The notes under the pieces were generated by a model, which saw only the letters and a program-made list of their open reading frames with translations, was not told the DNA's origin and searched no databases. From Oopsacas minuta (lineage: Eukaryota; Animalia; Porifera): a stretch of 64,000 bases of DNA. The position numbers and the translations under genes were made by a program. The DNA lies in assembly GCA_024704765.1 (NCBI GenBank), contig JAKMXF010000310.1, positions 124,001 to 188,000 of the forward strand. The letters run 5' to 3'. Positions 35,233 through 49,800 of the stretch are shown one piece after another; the first letter of the stretch is position 1, and every line of letters starts with the position of its first letter.

Positions 35233-36528
35233 TTGATGGCTACTCGCCCGGAACCTCAGCCGAATTCGATTCTAGAAGAAGACCATGATCTAAAATCTGA
35301 ACAAACAGAATATTCGAAAATGCCTGATGTAGTTGTTGAGGGAGATAAAGGAGGACCCAAATTAGAGAAAGGTGATGACAGCATTCAAGTAAGCAACAAG
35401 ATGAATGATAAAGTCAAGTTTGAAGTAGTTGGGTTGTTCAAACAAGGAATAGTGTCTCAAGCCTTGGGAGTGAATAATTTCCGCGAGAAACTGGAGTCAA
35501 CACTAAAAGATGCTTGTGAGATGCAGGCTGAGTCAAATTCTTCGAATAAAAAGAAGCCTAAAACAAAACCACGAGTTCGATCACGCGCCAGAGACGAAGA
35601 GGACTCTATAACTGAGAACAGTCGAGAGAACCGCGTGACACGAAGGAGCTCACCCAGACAGAACAGGAGAATATCTTCAAACAGAGCTAGCCCCACCCCC
35701 AGGAGACCAGCATTTGCTTCCACCCCTCATAGACACCGTCCTAGGACTGGTTACCGTAGAAACACAGTAACTTCTTCTCTACCTGAAGAAATCGGAAATA
35801 GACTGTCTCGCTATAACCTCAGTGAGCACCAGAGAGAAACCATTGTAGCAGACCTGCAAAACATGGTATCCAATCAGGTGGTTAGTACTACTCTAGCTGG
35901 AGAATTCAGGGGAACTTTAGAATTACATCTTCGTCAGAGAGCCGGTAGGATTGAAGATGGAATGGCACCTGATGAAATAATAGAAGAAGTACAGAGACAA
36001 GCTGGTACCGAAACAGAGAGACCTCGTCAGAGCTCTGAGGTAGGAAGCTTCACAGCTACAGGCACTCTACCAGTTGGTGGTGGTAATTCTCAAGCAATAA
36101 GAGACCTGACTAGACAGATAGAAGATATGAAACAACAAATGACAGAGATGCAACGTATGATGAGAGTTACATTTGAAGTATCTCAGTACACACAGCGCTC
36201 CATCCGTCAAGAAGTCAGTGCAGCAATGAATGCCTGGACTACACCTGGTTGTAACGGTCCTCAGGTAGCACCAGTAATAGTAACAGTGCCACATACAGCC
36301 CCTAACGTAACCTCCTCAGGAGAACCTAACCCTGATACAGTGATACCAGCTGCATATGGAGTATGTGTCGTGTGTACACAGAATAAGATAGATTCGGTGG
36401 TGTATCGCTGTGGCCATATGTGTGTGTGTCAGCCCTGCGGTTATGAACTGATTGCAGGGAACCACAAGTGTCCCATGTGTCGAAGTCCCATTACGGACAT
36501 TGTTCGTGTGTATAAGTCCAGTGCTTAA
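35233..36528 (+). CDS. Coiled-coil + C-terminal C3HC4 RING E3 ligase (neuralized/Mdm2-like RING, no NHR domains)
   Basis: RING CVVC.......VVYRCGHMCVCQPC..EL......CPMCRSPI.DIVRVY, preceded by the coiled coil MQRMMRVTFEVSQYTQRSIRQEVSAAMN and a basic, disordered N-terminal half. Confidence 0.88.
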   Translation: MMATRPEPQPNSILEEDHDLKSEQTEYSKMPDVVVEGDKGGPKLEKGDDSIQVSNKMNDKVKFEVVGLFKQGIVSQALGVNNFREKLESTLKDACEMQAESNSSNKKKPKTKPRVRSRARDEEDSITENSRENRVTRRSSPRQNRRISSNRASPTPRRPAFASTPHRHRPRTGYRRNTVTSSLPEEIGNRLSRYNLSEHQRETIVADLQNMVSNQVVSTTLAGEFRGTLELHLRQRAGRIEDGMAPDEIIEEVQRQAGTETERPRQSSEVGSFTATGTLPVGGGNSQAIRDLTRQIEDMKQQMTEMQRMMRVTFEVSQYTQRSIRQEVSAAMNAWTTPGCNGPQVAPVIVTVPHTAPNVTSSGEPNPDTVIPAAYGVCVVCTQNKIDSVVYRCGHMCVCQPCGYELIAGNHKCPMCRSPITDIVRVYKSSA

Positions 36529-37857
36529 TTGACTGTATTATTACGTACAAGTTACAACCCTTCTGATGTATTGTATCCTATTATTTCTAATAGCCACTTA
36601 CATTAAATATTTTGGGTACTAGTAACATTGGTTCTCTGAAGCTATTGATGTATGAATATATATCCTACAACCAATTAATGATTAATAGGTGTCATAAGAG
36701 AATATCATATTGTGTTTCGCATGAATCCCTAGATTAGGCTTTAAGCAATAGCAAGATAACACTGGAATGTTATGTATTATTCGATATTTAAAGTAGCGCG
36801 CGAGAATAAATATTAGATGTACAAATCCCGATCAGATTTATATTTGCGTGCAAGTTTGATAAAATACAGCTGATAGATACAAAATGTTATTAAAGAGAAC
36901 CTCCTCTCTACTTGGATACGTTTAAAATGTCCATCTATTCATAATGTGCTTCCCTATTTTACGGAACGGAACAGACAAGTTGTACTTGAGGAAATTAAGA
37001 TTTGCCGTTTGCACACATAGGATATAAAAATGACACGTTCCGGTCTGTCCTGTGAAATAAAGCATTTCCTTAGTCTTAGAGATAGATCTGGGTACGTGTT
37101 ACAAAGCCAAATCATGATAATTGACAAGAGGTACACAAGTGAAACATAAATATGACAAAAAACAACTAGAGCGTTATAAATAATTATGCGTATTCTTTAT
37201 AAATCAGTGGATTCGTGATTTCCGTACAATTTAGCCAAAGGTTCATAAAGCAATTCGAATTTATTTTAGATAAATTTATGTGTTAAATACTTGTTCCATT
37301 GTGCTTAGGAGTTTAAAGTAAAACAATTTGGAAAAAGTAGTATAGAGTTATCGCATAATCTGACATTCAGGAAATTGCCTTGCAAATGCTAGCAGATGTT
37401 TTTTATCTGTGAATAATTAGCTAGTTAGAACAATTAACGAATATCTCAGATAAATTACATTCAAGATATTGTAATTTCATGATTTAATAAGATAAAAATG
37501 GATTGTTATGGCATCCCGTTACTTCTCTCCTTCTAATTCCCAACTAAAAGTTAAGTAATTTTCTATAAAATATCTAATTTCATGAAAATAGAATAGTGAC
37601 TACAGATAAAGTATAATAATATATACTCTGATAATAAAAAATTGTTAAAAATGAATCATGTGTCCATTTGTTGTAGCCATCTTTAAAATATGGAAAGCTC
37701 GAAGTGAAGTTTATTGAGTGAAGTTCAAAAGCTGTGACGTTGTCGATTGAGAGCTAGTTGGTAGAACTGATATGTTTGGTTGATAATGGATCTGTTACAT
37801 AGGCTAAATAAGATAGTAAATTTACACAAAAATACTTGAAATGAATTCACTCATCAA

Positions 37858-40800
37858 CTACTTAGTAGTAGTTTGCAAGTACTTTGATTGGAATCGTGAA
37901 ATTCCTGACTAGACAAACAAAATACTTTAGTACAGTATAAATAAGATAGCATACACTTTTGCACTATCACTAGCGATAGCCCCGAACAATCAATCCGCAG
38001 AGAATAATTAGCATCAAACGATGCATCAAGTGTAATTAACGAGGCAAACCTATAATTTTAACATAAAGTTTTCCGAAGCCAGAGGGGCAAGATCTCTCAG
38101 GTTAATAAATGAACTACAATACATACATACCTGACTCGTTAGACACTCTTGATAATGTTATAGTCTCTACGTCTAAATTGGTAAGGTTGTCCTCGAACTT
38201 CCTCCTGGAGGTCATGAAGGGGCTGAACTGTGTAGAACGAGGTGTATTCTAATTAATAAATATTATTACATTACTGACAGTATTCTCTATTAGTTCATTA
38301 GAGGTTTAAACTTACACTTATGCAATTTGACTGTAGCCCACTAGATATACTGCTCAGAGTCTCGTAAGCTTGTTGAAAGGTAGGTCTTTCCTATTAGATT
38401 TAGATATTAGAATATTATATTATATTATACGTGTTGAAGTAAACTGGTAACTAACCTCTGGACTAAGCGCCCACCCTGTGTATATGAGTTGTACTAGGGG
38501 GCGAGGGAAGATGAGAGGAATCGTTGGACGCACGTTCATATAAGACATGTCGTATGCAGCTTGAGCTACATAAAAGAATAAATAATAATTATACAGAAAA
38601 TATGAATAACAACGTGGTTAAATGGTATCATAGCTTTAATGTTATAATGGAATATGTTATGAACTGACGACGACAGTTCATAATATATTTATGTGCAGGG
38701 ATTCTTCAGTGTATTTCCGTGTACAGTGATTCTACTACCAATACATTTAGCTGTAGAAAATTCTCTCTACACAAATTTCCCTCTAAAGGACAGTAGTAAT
38801 TCCATTAATAATGCTTGCCTGGTTTTCTTTCCTGGAGAGGTAACTCGCCAGTGAAGATTTCCCATAAACAGAGAGAGAATGAAAACATGTCTGCTTCTAT
38901 ACTGTATCTTGTAGATTGGGTAAATATCTCTGGAGCCATCCAGCGAAGATTCTAAATTTAAGAATTATGTTAAGTTGCGATCTAACATTTATTTCTATAT
39001 CACTTACTCCTGGTTGTTTAGTTAAGTTATCCTCATCTGGCGATTTTAGGAAAGTAGATTCTACAAATATAAGAATTATACCATGCACAGGTAATGTAAG
39101 TATTTGTTCCATCTATTTTAGAGATAAGGTGCAGTGCAGGGATGATATTGTAAATTATTAACTACGAACCGCTTAGCTTGCAAGCGTTGCGCGGCTTACG
39201 AACACTTTGTGTTCGCATGGGATCGACACTTCGTGCCTCGAATTTAGCAAAGAATATAATTGCAAAATGAATTAATAAATATATATTTCAACTATTTGTT
39301 ACTTTATATTCATAAAAACAACAATAAATTTACATATGAAAAACTTGAATATGCGAAATTTGGATTCAGCGTACTTTGTTACCCTATTGTAGCCGTTATA
39401 GCAAGTCTCTAAGTGTATTTCGAGAATTCAACTATTTGTTTACTTTATATAAATAAAACAACAAATATATTTACATGTGATTAATTCAAAAGTGTGAAAA
39501 TCGGATTCTGCATATTTGATATATTTAGTCAAGCTTATTGAATTCTGTTTACTTTCTCGATAAACACGATAAATCATAAGTACATAGTTTTGCGACATCT
39601 CAGAATTGAGAAATTAGAATTCGATACAACATTCCATAAATCCTTTCCTTGACAACGAACAACAGACACCAATTACAATTTAATAATATAGATTAAGTAT
39701 AGGTTAATATAGGACACCAAGTATTCCGTATTTCGTTTCAACGATAATTTTAGTAATACATTAATATTTCTTCAGTGAATCTGTTGAATTTAATATACAC
39801 CCAACCAAATGCTATCTGTGTATCTATAGCATTTCGTAGGAACTTAAATAAATCAAACTACGTATTATCGTAAAAGACAATACCTATACACATTTATCGT
39901 ATTATACCTCCAAAGTCTGCAATAAGTCCTTTCCCATCCTGATCCAGCAAGATGTTATGACTAGATAATATTACATTATAACTTATTAAGTAGAAGCTAC
40001 GTATTTAATAATTAGAGATACACACCTGTTGAGATCTCTATGCATTATAGGGGTAGGTAGCTGATGAAGGTAAGCCATGCCTCTAGCTACATCTATAGCT
40101 ATCCCATACTTTATTGGAATATCCAGAACTCTGAAAGAAAAGAGAATATTAAACTAGGATATATACCAGTAAATTAATATTTATTACCTTTTCTGCTCGT
40201 GTAGAAGTGCATAGAGTGATCCTCCCTCAGCGAAGTGAGTTAGTATAGCAAATTGCTATATGAGAAGGATAATTAAGCAACTTACAAATTAGAACAAATT
40301 CAATCATTATTATAATTTCAACTTACACTAGGTTCATCTAAACAAGCTCCAACGAATTTAATCTATAAATCAAATACAATATAATTACAATAAATTTTCG
40401 ATAACGGAATTATTTTGTGATACACTAACGGTTTGGCATGAATTAGAGGTCGCATCAGGCCGAGTTTTCGACCCGATCCCTGCCCTGCCCTGCCAGACGC
40501 ATACCTACAACAAACTTTAGAATACTTTCTAAAATTGAATGAAACATTGATGAATCAGATCGTACAGTCAGAAACTGTGGTTGAATACAAATTTCAAAGA
40601 CGATTCTAATATAAAAAATGAAACGAAATTATTTCACAATTTAATCGTCGGTTTATTCAGAACCCTAAAGTACAGGTTCAAAGCCAGGCCCGGCCCGGGC
40701 TTGCAACCTCTAATCTGAATATTCTCTTGAAAAGTGTTCCGATTAAGTGGAGTTGATTGTTATGTAAATGTAACTTACCACGTTAGGATGGTTGACCTCA

Positions 40801-43800
40801 CACAAGATAGAAACTTCTCGACAGAACAAGTCAATATCAGACTTACAAGAAAGAGAGGACACTCTGTATCTATAATACAATACTCATTAAAATGACATAC
40901 ATACGTATTTAATTCTTTAACTCACTTTTTAATCGCAATTTGTTTCCCAAACCATCTACCTTTATAAACCTTACCAAATGAGCCTATTAAAATAAATAAT
41001 TAATAAATAATAATTATCGGTTGATAATTTTATCAATAAAACTCACCACTTCCAACTGGTTCATGTATTTCTATCTCACTCAATTTAATTTGATATTTTA
41101 ATTCTAATGTTTCTCTCAGTTGCATTATGTCAGCTTTCTCTATCAGGAAATACATTGAAATTTAATCTTTGTTTATATACCATTCAGTAGACCCTCGGTT
41201 ATCCGAACAACAGGAAGAACATTTTGTGTGTGAAAATTGTTCAATTTCGAATTCAAAAGGATGCTTTATATAACTTTAGTGACAGGTTTCTGGTGATGTG
41301 ATCATTTTAGGACATACTGTAATAAATATGCAGTCAAATATTCCAAATTCCAAATACCCAATTTACTATATCCCTGACCCCTGAGTTTCATATAGCTAAA
41401 TACACTATTTCAGTTATCCAAACATCAAAATATAAAGGGTATGAAGAAGGTGTTCGGATAATCGAGGGTGTACTGCTACCATCAAAATTTGGATTGTTAT
41501 TTATTCAGGTTATAAAATCGTACAATTAATGAATCATAATTCGAAATATCAATTATCAAGGTGTGGTTATAGGTGCGTGGACATATTCCTGACTGAAACT
41601 ATATATTGCGATCAGGTAAGATCAAGTATGTACTCATTACTAAGTTCATATCAGACATTTCACATCATTTCGCATTTAGCTTCATCACATATGACAATTT
41701 ATTTGGTGTTTACATAATTTTAGTAGACGTTGTTGTGGTTGTGTATTTTGAACTCACAAATAATATTCGATTGCAACGATTTTTGTATCTTAGTGTCTAA
41801 AGTCTAAAGATGAACAACATCAAATTTGTAGGTTAGAGTATAGATTCTGCTAATCAGCTGTACCATGTACCGTGAACTACGTAGTTCACGCATGTACGTA
41901 TTAAAATAGATTATTACCTTTAGTCATGCTCCTGATCTTTCCGATGGGTGAGGGGACGGCTATCTGGTAGAAGTCAGCTAGAGCAATATAGATTATCAAA
42001 ACAGGATACAATAACTGGATAAACATATAGCCGAAAAATCATGTATATCTGAAAATTCAATACATAAGCAAACATCAAGTTACAACACACAAACTCACAT
42101 GAATCCGAACTAGATGGAGAGTAATCTGTTACACTACCATTATCTTCCATAGGAGGCCTAGCTTTACGTTTCAATACTGTTATTACTTCATCAAAACCTG
42201 AAATTGCATACTGAATTGGTTACGAAATTATATTTGTATCTCATAGATTAGGGACGACTGGAACAGTGAGATCAGTGAAGTATTTCACGTATAAATGTCC
42301 TGCATTCCTGCGTTGTTAAGTAGTGAGTCGAGTCTTCCTGTAGTCTAACTTATAAATTTTTCGGCAAACGAAAGTTCGAAATTTCCTAATTGTGTTGTTC
42401 TAAAGATTAATACTAAATCAAAATGACTAACCTTTCTCATATGCCCACATCAAACAAGACTCATCATATAACTGATCACTCTCTTGTCCTCGTGCCATTA
42501 AATGTGCATTAGCTCCATTCTCCAATAGGAATTGTACAGCCTCGACATGTCCATGGTAGCATGCACTGTGTAAACCTTAAGAAATACGAAATTATTTTTC
42601 GTAGAATAAATGCAATGAATATGTTTAAGATGTATTAGATACACTCTTCACATGATTCAAAATAAAAGGAAGTTGGTCCGATTAACGTAAATTTGTATAT
42701 TATAATATAATAATTATATAAAACTCTATCAAATATGTAGCTGGGGGATTTGGTAGGATCTTATATTAGTTCCTGGGAAATGGCCAAATTAAGTTGAAAT
42801 CTGGTTGAAAAATTATTGAATGACTTCTTTGTGTGATTATCACAGAAAATAACAATTCCATCCAATATTTCTAAATAAATAACAATACTCACCTGTGTGA
42901 CCATCTCTCCCTTGCATATTGATATCTACCTTAGGAGAGTCTAATAAATACTTTATCAAGTCCACATTAGTTCCATTGGTACAAGCACTATAAAAATTAT
43001 ATAAACAACATTTAAGGACGAGATAAGATTACAGAAAAGGTAATTCATCATCAAATTAATATAGTATATCCCTTTCGTTTGAAATCAGATATTATGTCTG
43101 AATTCTTCTCCTTTATTAGAATTCATTTAATAATACTTTTGATAAGTACTCTAGATGATGGCGTGTAGTTAGTCAGAGGGTATTAGGTATAGGCTAGGGC
43201 AATAAGTCAAGCTACACGCTTTGTGCTTGGATGAGTACTTGACTAGTTTAGTTTATGATACTGATGAGTGATTCATAATGAAAATTACCAGATAATGACT
43301 ACTAAAATGAAATGCAGCAATTTGTTAGTTTCAGACAAGTAATAGAATTTCTAAAGCGATCAAATATTAATCAAGAGAAAAATACGCAAATCAAATTTCG
43401 TATACTGGGCAAAGATAAGAACGGTAGATGCACGACGACCTCTTAAAACTAGAGATCCAATTAGATCAGTGGTTCTCAAACTGGGGTACGCCAGCACTTT
43501 TCCTAGGGGTACGCCGGTGTTTCACCTAATCATATCAATTCTGTAATAATCATATACAAATATTTCGAGTTACACACTATCATGTCAACAGACTCAGCAC
43601 ATAGATAGTTATTTCATGCCAAATAATTAATATGTATCAGTTACAATGGTTTCATCACTAATTATTATCACCCTTGAATATTTATTGTTTGAGGTTATGC
43701 TAATTAAGGATTCCATTGTCCGTACATATGTGTCAACTCATATTGATTTGAATATCACACCCACCCGTGTATCGTATTGTTCTTATAAAATGGAAATTAG

Positions 43801-46800
43801 AAGAGTATTTCTTTGAGACCTTGACTTTATCACCAAATTCATATGGAATCTGCTAAGAAACGGAAGTATAATGAAGACTATATCAAATATGGATTTACAT
43901 CCATACTTAAAGAGGGACGGGAACTACCACAATGTGTAATATGTTATAAGGTGCTATCTGAGGGCTCGATGGAACCAAGTTTTCTAAAACGCCATTTAAG
44001 CGGGTGCCACCCAAATCTTGCAGATAAGGATATAGATTTCTTCAAGCACCAAGAGGTAGGAGTAAAGCGAATCCGTATAGATCACAGAGGACAAGTAAGT
44101 CAACAGACTCAAGCAGGTCTTCGTATCTCGTACATGGAAGCACATCCTTCCCACTAATTAATTATCTACTTTATTTATATTGCTAGAATAAAAAACACTT
44201 TTATTTTTCACAACTGGGTAAAAGAGATTGTAAACCTAATATTTACAATACAGGCCATTTTAAGGGGTGCATCACACGCAAGATCCAGCTTGAGGGGTAC
44301 GCAATGAGAAAAAGTTTGAGAACCACTGAATTAGATCGTATACTTTTCATCTAAAATGAAAATGGGCAACAGACGCATCAATTCAGTATCTGTAACATAT
44401 AATTATATATACTGACAAGTGACAAGTGGTTTATGTGTATATATCGAGGATATCGGGATTAAATATCCAAACCATTAATTATTCCTCCTTCATACTCCCC
44501 AGTCCCCACATGCATAAGAGCTATCTCTCCCCCAGGCAAGGAGGCCAACAACGATTGCCCGGTCAGGAATGCAGCTTAAAAACGATCCCATAGGGTGGGA
44601 AAACTTTCATAGCTCTTTGACCATCTAAAGCAGTGTATTCGTACTAAAGCAGACCATTTCGAAACATATAATCCACTTATTGCATATTGTGAATTTAGTG
44701 GGGGAGGCTTAGTACTTTGAAATGACTCAAGTATGAATCTAAACCATTGAATGTTACCTGTGAAATGGAGTCTCACTGAAGATATTTTCTACCAATAAAC
44801 TTTCATCGCTAATCTCTAGTAACTTCTTTGTAGCTTCTAGCTGACCACTGTAACATGCTCTAATCAGAAGATAATTAATTTGCTATACTATCTAACAACT
44901 AATAGAAAGTATTGGAAGTTACATGTGAAGAGGAGTGTCTTTGTAAATGTTGAGAGAGTGAGGGTTTATATTCTGATCTGATCTTAACAACGCTTCTATT
45001 ACAGATACCATTCCTAATCTAGCTGCTATGTGGAGACTCAGGTGTCTCTCATTGTCTGTTGCAAGGACTACAAGATATAAATAATTAAATATATGTAATT
45101 AAAGAGAAATGACAAAAATATCCACGAATACCCACTGTCTCAGTTAATCTAAAGTTAATAGTTGTGAAGAACTGAGTATATACACGAATCTATAGTATTA
45201 AATTGCAATTTTTGTTTGTCCGTCTCCTTTATTTTGCAATGATTCGGCAAAATGTGAAGCCATATTATTGTGGCCATGATAGCAGTATTCGGAGTTTGTC
45301 ACATATATTTCATAGGTAGCACGTTTGTATCTCTGAGGTTTTCTAATTTTCTTTATTTTCAAGAAAGTACATTTAACAGTGTTGTAGTTGTAAAAACGTT
45401 TAAATGTCTGTAGGTGTATGTACTTACTGTTTGGATGAAATCTGTTGATGAGGAGCAGAGACAAGTCTGTGTGTCCTCTAGAACAGGACAAGTGTAGAGG
45501 AGTGTCATTTATCTGTCCTTCTGCATTCACGTCAGCGCCATGCGTTAATAGTAACTCTGCAATCTGATAGAAATACAGTTAACATTCGTTATCTCGGACA
45601 AATATTCACTTCTCTTCGCTCGAACATTCGATTTTTCGAACAGATTTTCAGGGTTCGATTTACCGGATGTTGACTATAGTAATATTATTCTCTTATTGAC
45701 ACTTTCAACAAACAACAACAAATTTTGAGTACAGCTCCTAAAGGGAGATGCCCTAATGGCATGGATGATGACGTCCGCGTCCGTCCGTCCGCGCGAAATC
45801 TACCGATCATAAAAATTGGTACACATATACAATTCTGGTCGGAGATTTACACTTTGGATATTAATTTTTCTAAAGTGAACATTTCAAGCCTTTTTTGTGA
45901 TTAATTCATATTTTCACATCTTTCTATGTCAGAGATGAAACCGATCAATCCCAGCTAACAATATATACAAGTACAATGGGAAATTAATATTTCATGAAAG
46001 TATGGATCAACTCGACCGGCCGGTTCCATCTCTGATCTATTTAAATACAAAAGCATGCTAGAGATTAGGTGAAACGCTATTATTATCCCAGGTTCAATCT
46101 CAAGTATAACATCTCTACCATACCTCTGGGTGTCCAAAGTAGCAAGCAATGTGAAGCGGAGTGAAGTCTATCAGGTCTCGTAGTTCTGTCTCTGATCCAT
46201 GGTCCAGGAGGTATTTCACTGCCTAAATATAATGTAAATTAAGTTTATGTTAGTGAGTATCATTTGGAACTACAGAGTTAAATGCGTATAATATTTTAAA
46301 TACAAATGTCAGTCTACATATCAGTAGTGCAGCTTGGTGGAATTTCTTTACACGATAAACTGGTAAATGAATAACATTATCTCATAGCAGCTAAATGGTT
46401 AATCATTTGGTCAATTTCTAGATAACTTTGAAAGTATCAAATATGAATTTACATAGCAGATTACCTCTGACTGCTGTTAAAACAAAATTTCTACCATCAA
46501 TTTGAATATGGTTCAAAGAGTCAAAATATTATATCACCTTAAAAAATTCAAATCTTTAAATCTGCCCATCAAAAATGTAGCCATGCATATATGGAACAAT
46601 TTTGTGTTATACGGACTGGTCGATTTCGCAAGAAAATGATCCAAGCTAGATTAGGCCTTCATGTAGTGTTTCCCAATATTTTTGTGTCTTGGACCCCTTC
46701 CCATAGACTACAAAACCTTTTAGTTTTAGGTGATAACATTTTTCACACCTTATATACTTGATAGATATACCTGAATCCGCTCTCAATCAGAATACAAAAT

Positions 46801-49800
46801 AGGTTTTTGTGAACAAATATCATTATTATTACAAATAGATTTAGACTAGAGAAAACGTGCTGAATCAATGCGGATTAATTGAAGGAATTTTAAACAAAAG
46901 CTAAAAACATAAAAATTCTAGTTTTGACAAACAATTATATGTAATTAGCGATGATTACATTGTGCCTAAACCATATGAAGGATGGCCGTGAGAGCTCATT
47001 AAGTCAACAATTCCTTATGTATGGAAACCCCTGGAAAAGTCAATAATTTGATTGTTAGTTTGTCGTGATATTGATATACGGCTGTTTAGGTCATGACGGG
47101 AGTATACGTATAAAATAAGTTGGGATTACAAATTTGTTTCCCAAGGGAGTACGTCGCGCCTTATCCGAGTTCTGCTGTACAATTAGTACATTATCTCCAC
47201 ATTCGATTGTAATGTAGTCAATATAACATGGTACATACATTTGAATGACCTTTGAAAGAGGCAATGTGTAGAGGAGAAAGACCTCCATACTGACATCGGA
47301 TATTCACATGTTTGATATCTTTGTTTAGGAGCTCGCTCAGAAGAATACAGTCACCCTACAATACTTGTATAGTTACATATCGCTATTGATAATCCTTACA
47401 AATAGAACAGTTGTACTTAATAAGTCGGTGAAATATTATATTCCTACAGGCGTTAATAAAGGTAAAACATTTTTGATATTAATAAATTGAGTAATCTAAC
47501 TAAAGTTATTTAACAAATTAAACATTACAGTACACTAAGACACTCGGAAATCCGAACAACAGAACAGAGAACCGAAATAATTTTTGGAAAATGATTCCAA
47601 TTGTTCAAAAATATTTGTTAAACATTTAACGCGGGAATGTAATAAACTACAAATTATATTTGTATATATTCGTAGATAATTTATCGTATAAACAGAATTT
47701 TAAACGTATGCTCCTATTTGAAAAGATTATATGTATTAGTATTGTTTTAAGGCAATTAATCCGAACGGTTGTATTTATCAGTGGTATAGTGCTGTTCAGA
47801 TTGGCGAGGGTGTCTGTATTATCAGATGTACTGTACCTTGAATGCAGCTATGTGTATGGGAGATAATCCGTGATGAGATAACGTTGTGACGTCTGCACAA
47901 TTCTCCAACAGAACTCGGACTATTTCATAGCGAGCTATAAACACAGTATATCAACAGCTGTTATGAATAATATCAGCTGATCAGACAGTAAATATATTAC
48001 ACTTACAATGTATACAAGCTAGATGTAACGGTGTTAAATGTTCAGACCGAGTAGCTTCATGGATAGAGTTAGTATGTAACAGCTCTAGAACAGAATCCAG
48101 TGCATCTTCACTAATAACACAAAATTATGTGAATTTATGGAATTTATGACAAACCGCTTTGAAACCAAACGAATAAAGTAGACAGAGACTAGATATCTCT
48201 TCGTTAACATTATCTCATCTATAATTAAGCATTAATTAACTGATATTATGTCCATTTTTATTTTTATGTTATTTCAGTTGTAAAGACCACTGAAAAACCA
48301 TACAAAATTCAATAATTATAATTTAAATGTAGCATTTATTTGGTAACAAATTGCTATTTGCAGATAGCAATGTAAGTTAAATATTTGTCACACAAATTGG
48401 CATAGTGATAAGATTACAAATAATTCATCTTTATCTGAAAAAGAGGTCATCAATTAAAATAATTAATTAGACGATCAATAGGAACAAAAATTTCCCATCA
48501 ATTTATAGAGACCTTATGTTATTTAGCTAGCTAATACGCGCACGGTTATTGTAATTGTGTGTCTCAATTAATGTTTATGTTTGCATTTGTCTGATTGAAC
48601 TTTAAAAATACATATCAAAAGTATCATACGTACTATATTTGTGTTGTTTATTGATAAAAACATAGAAAAACCTTCCAAACGGACGCCTGTAAAACGGATA
48701 GGCCAGATTTTATATAAGAACCTCAGAGAAGCGGACATATCTACAAAGGACAATACCCCTCCACCCGAAGTGTCCCTTATTCAGAGGTTCCACTATATTA
48801 GTTATCAACTCACCAACATGCGAGATGGAAAGCTGACCAGCCTGTATCTGGGAGCAGATTCATCTCTTCTGTGAAACTAGAGTGCAGATGTTCGTAGTTT
48901 TCACTTAATTTTTTATTCCATTGATCTGTAATACAGGGATCAATAAATATACACAAACAGTCTCGTAACATTAATTAATAGAATCCATGCATGCATGTAA
49001 TTCAATTATTACACCTCCAAAATCAATATAGATATCCATTGTATAAGTGGTAAGTAGCTAACAAAGAGCATATGTTCGTATAGAAAATTAAATTTGTGCT
49101 CGCATCGTCACATCTGCTGCATTCTGGAGATAGGTAATGTCAGGTTTCAACTAATCTTATAAAGTGTGTTGAATTTAATACAGTTTGTTAATCCTGTTAG
49201 ACAGGTGTTCTACTTTGTAATGTAATAATACGTAGATAATAATTGTATTAACAAAAATATTGTCCTAATATCAGTCCTGTATCCGGAACACTCAGGGAAA
49301 ATCAAAATCTATTCGAGATACAGAGTCGACTGTAAAAAGCAAGGTTGAAATCAATAAATAAGTCTACATACATGTACAGCGGAACCATCATAATCCTACA
49401 CTCGTCGAGAAATGGAAATATTAGCAAATTCTTGCTATATACAGGTGAATTTTCGCTATGGGAAGCTCATTCAGATTATAAACACTGTTGGATTATTGAG
49501 GTCTTCCGGATTATACAGGTGTCGGATTACGCAGGTTCCAATGTAATTGTTATATTTAGAGATTGGTTATAGCTTAGCGACAGAATTAATTACTAAATTA
49601 GCTGTCACATGGCCTACTATGGCTGTCAACATGTTACAAACGGAATAGTGACAACAATAACTACAAGCATATGTCCATCGGTCATTATCGAGACTTATAA
49701 CCAATCTGACTTATGATCCACTTGCAGGCAATCTAGTTTGGTGTAATTATGTTACAACTTAAAGTACATCACCTGTAATTTAAAAACTAAGAGATTCAAT

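Noticed and set aside
6012-36294. Antisense or alternate-frame ORFs overlapping real genes (6012-6263, 7416-7664, 13787-14062, 15341-15586, 17431-17697, 29305-29769, 31681-31998, 35457-35723, 36067-36294)
   Set aside because: They are shadows of the coding strand, with no motifs of their own.
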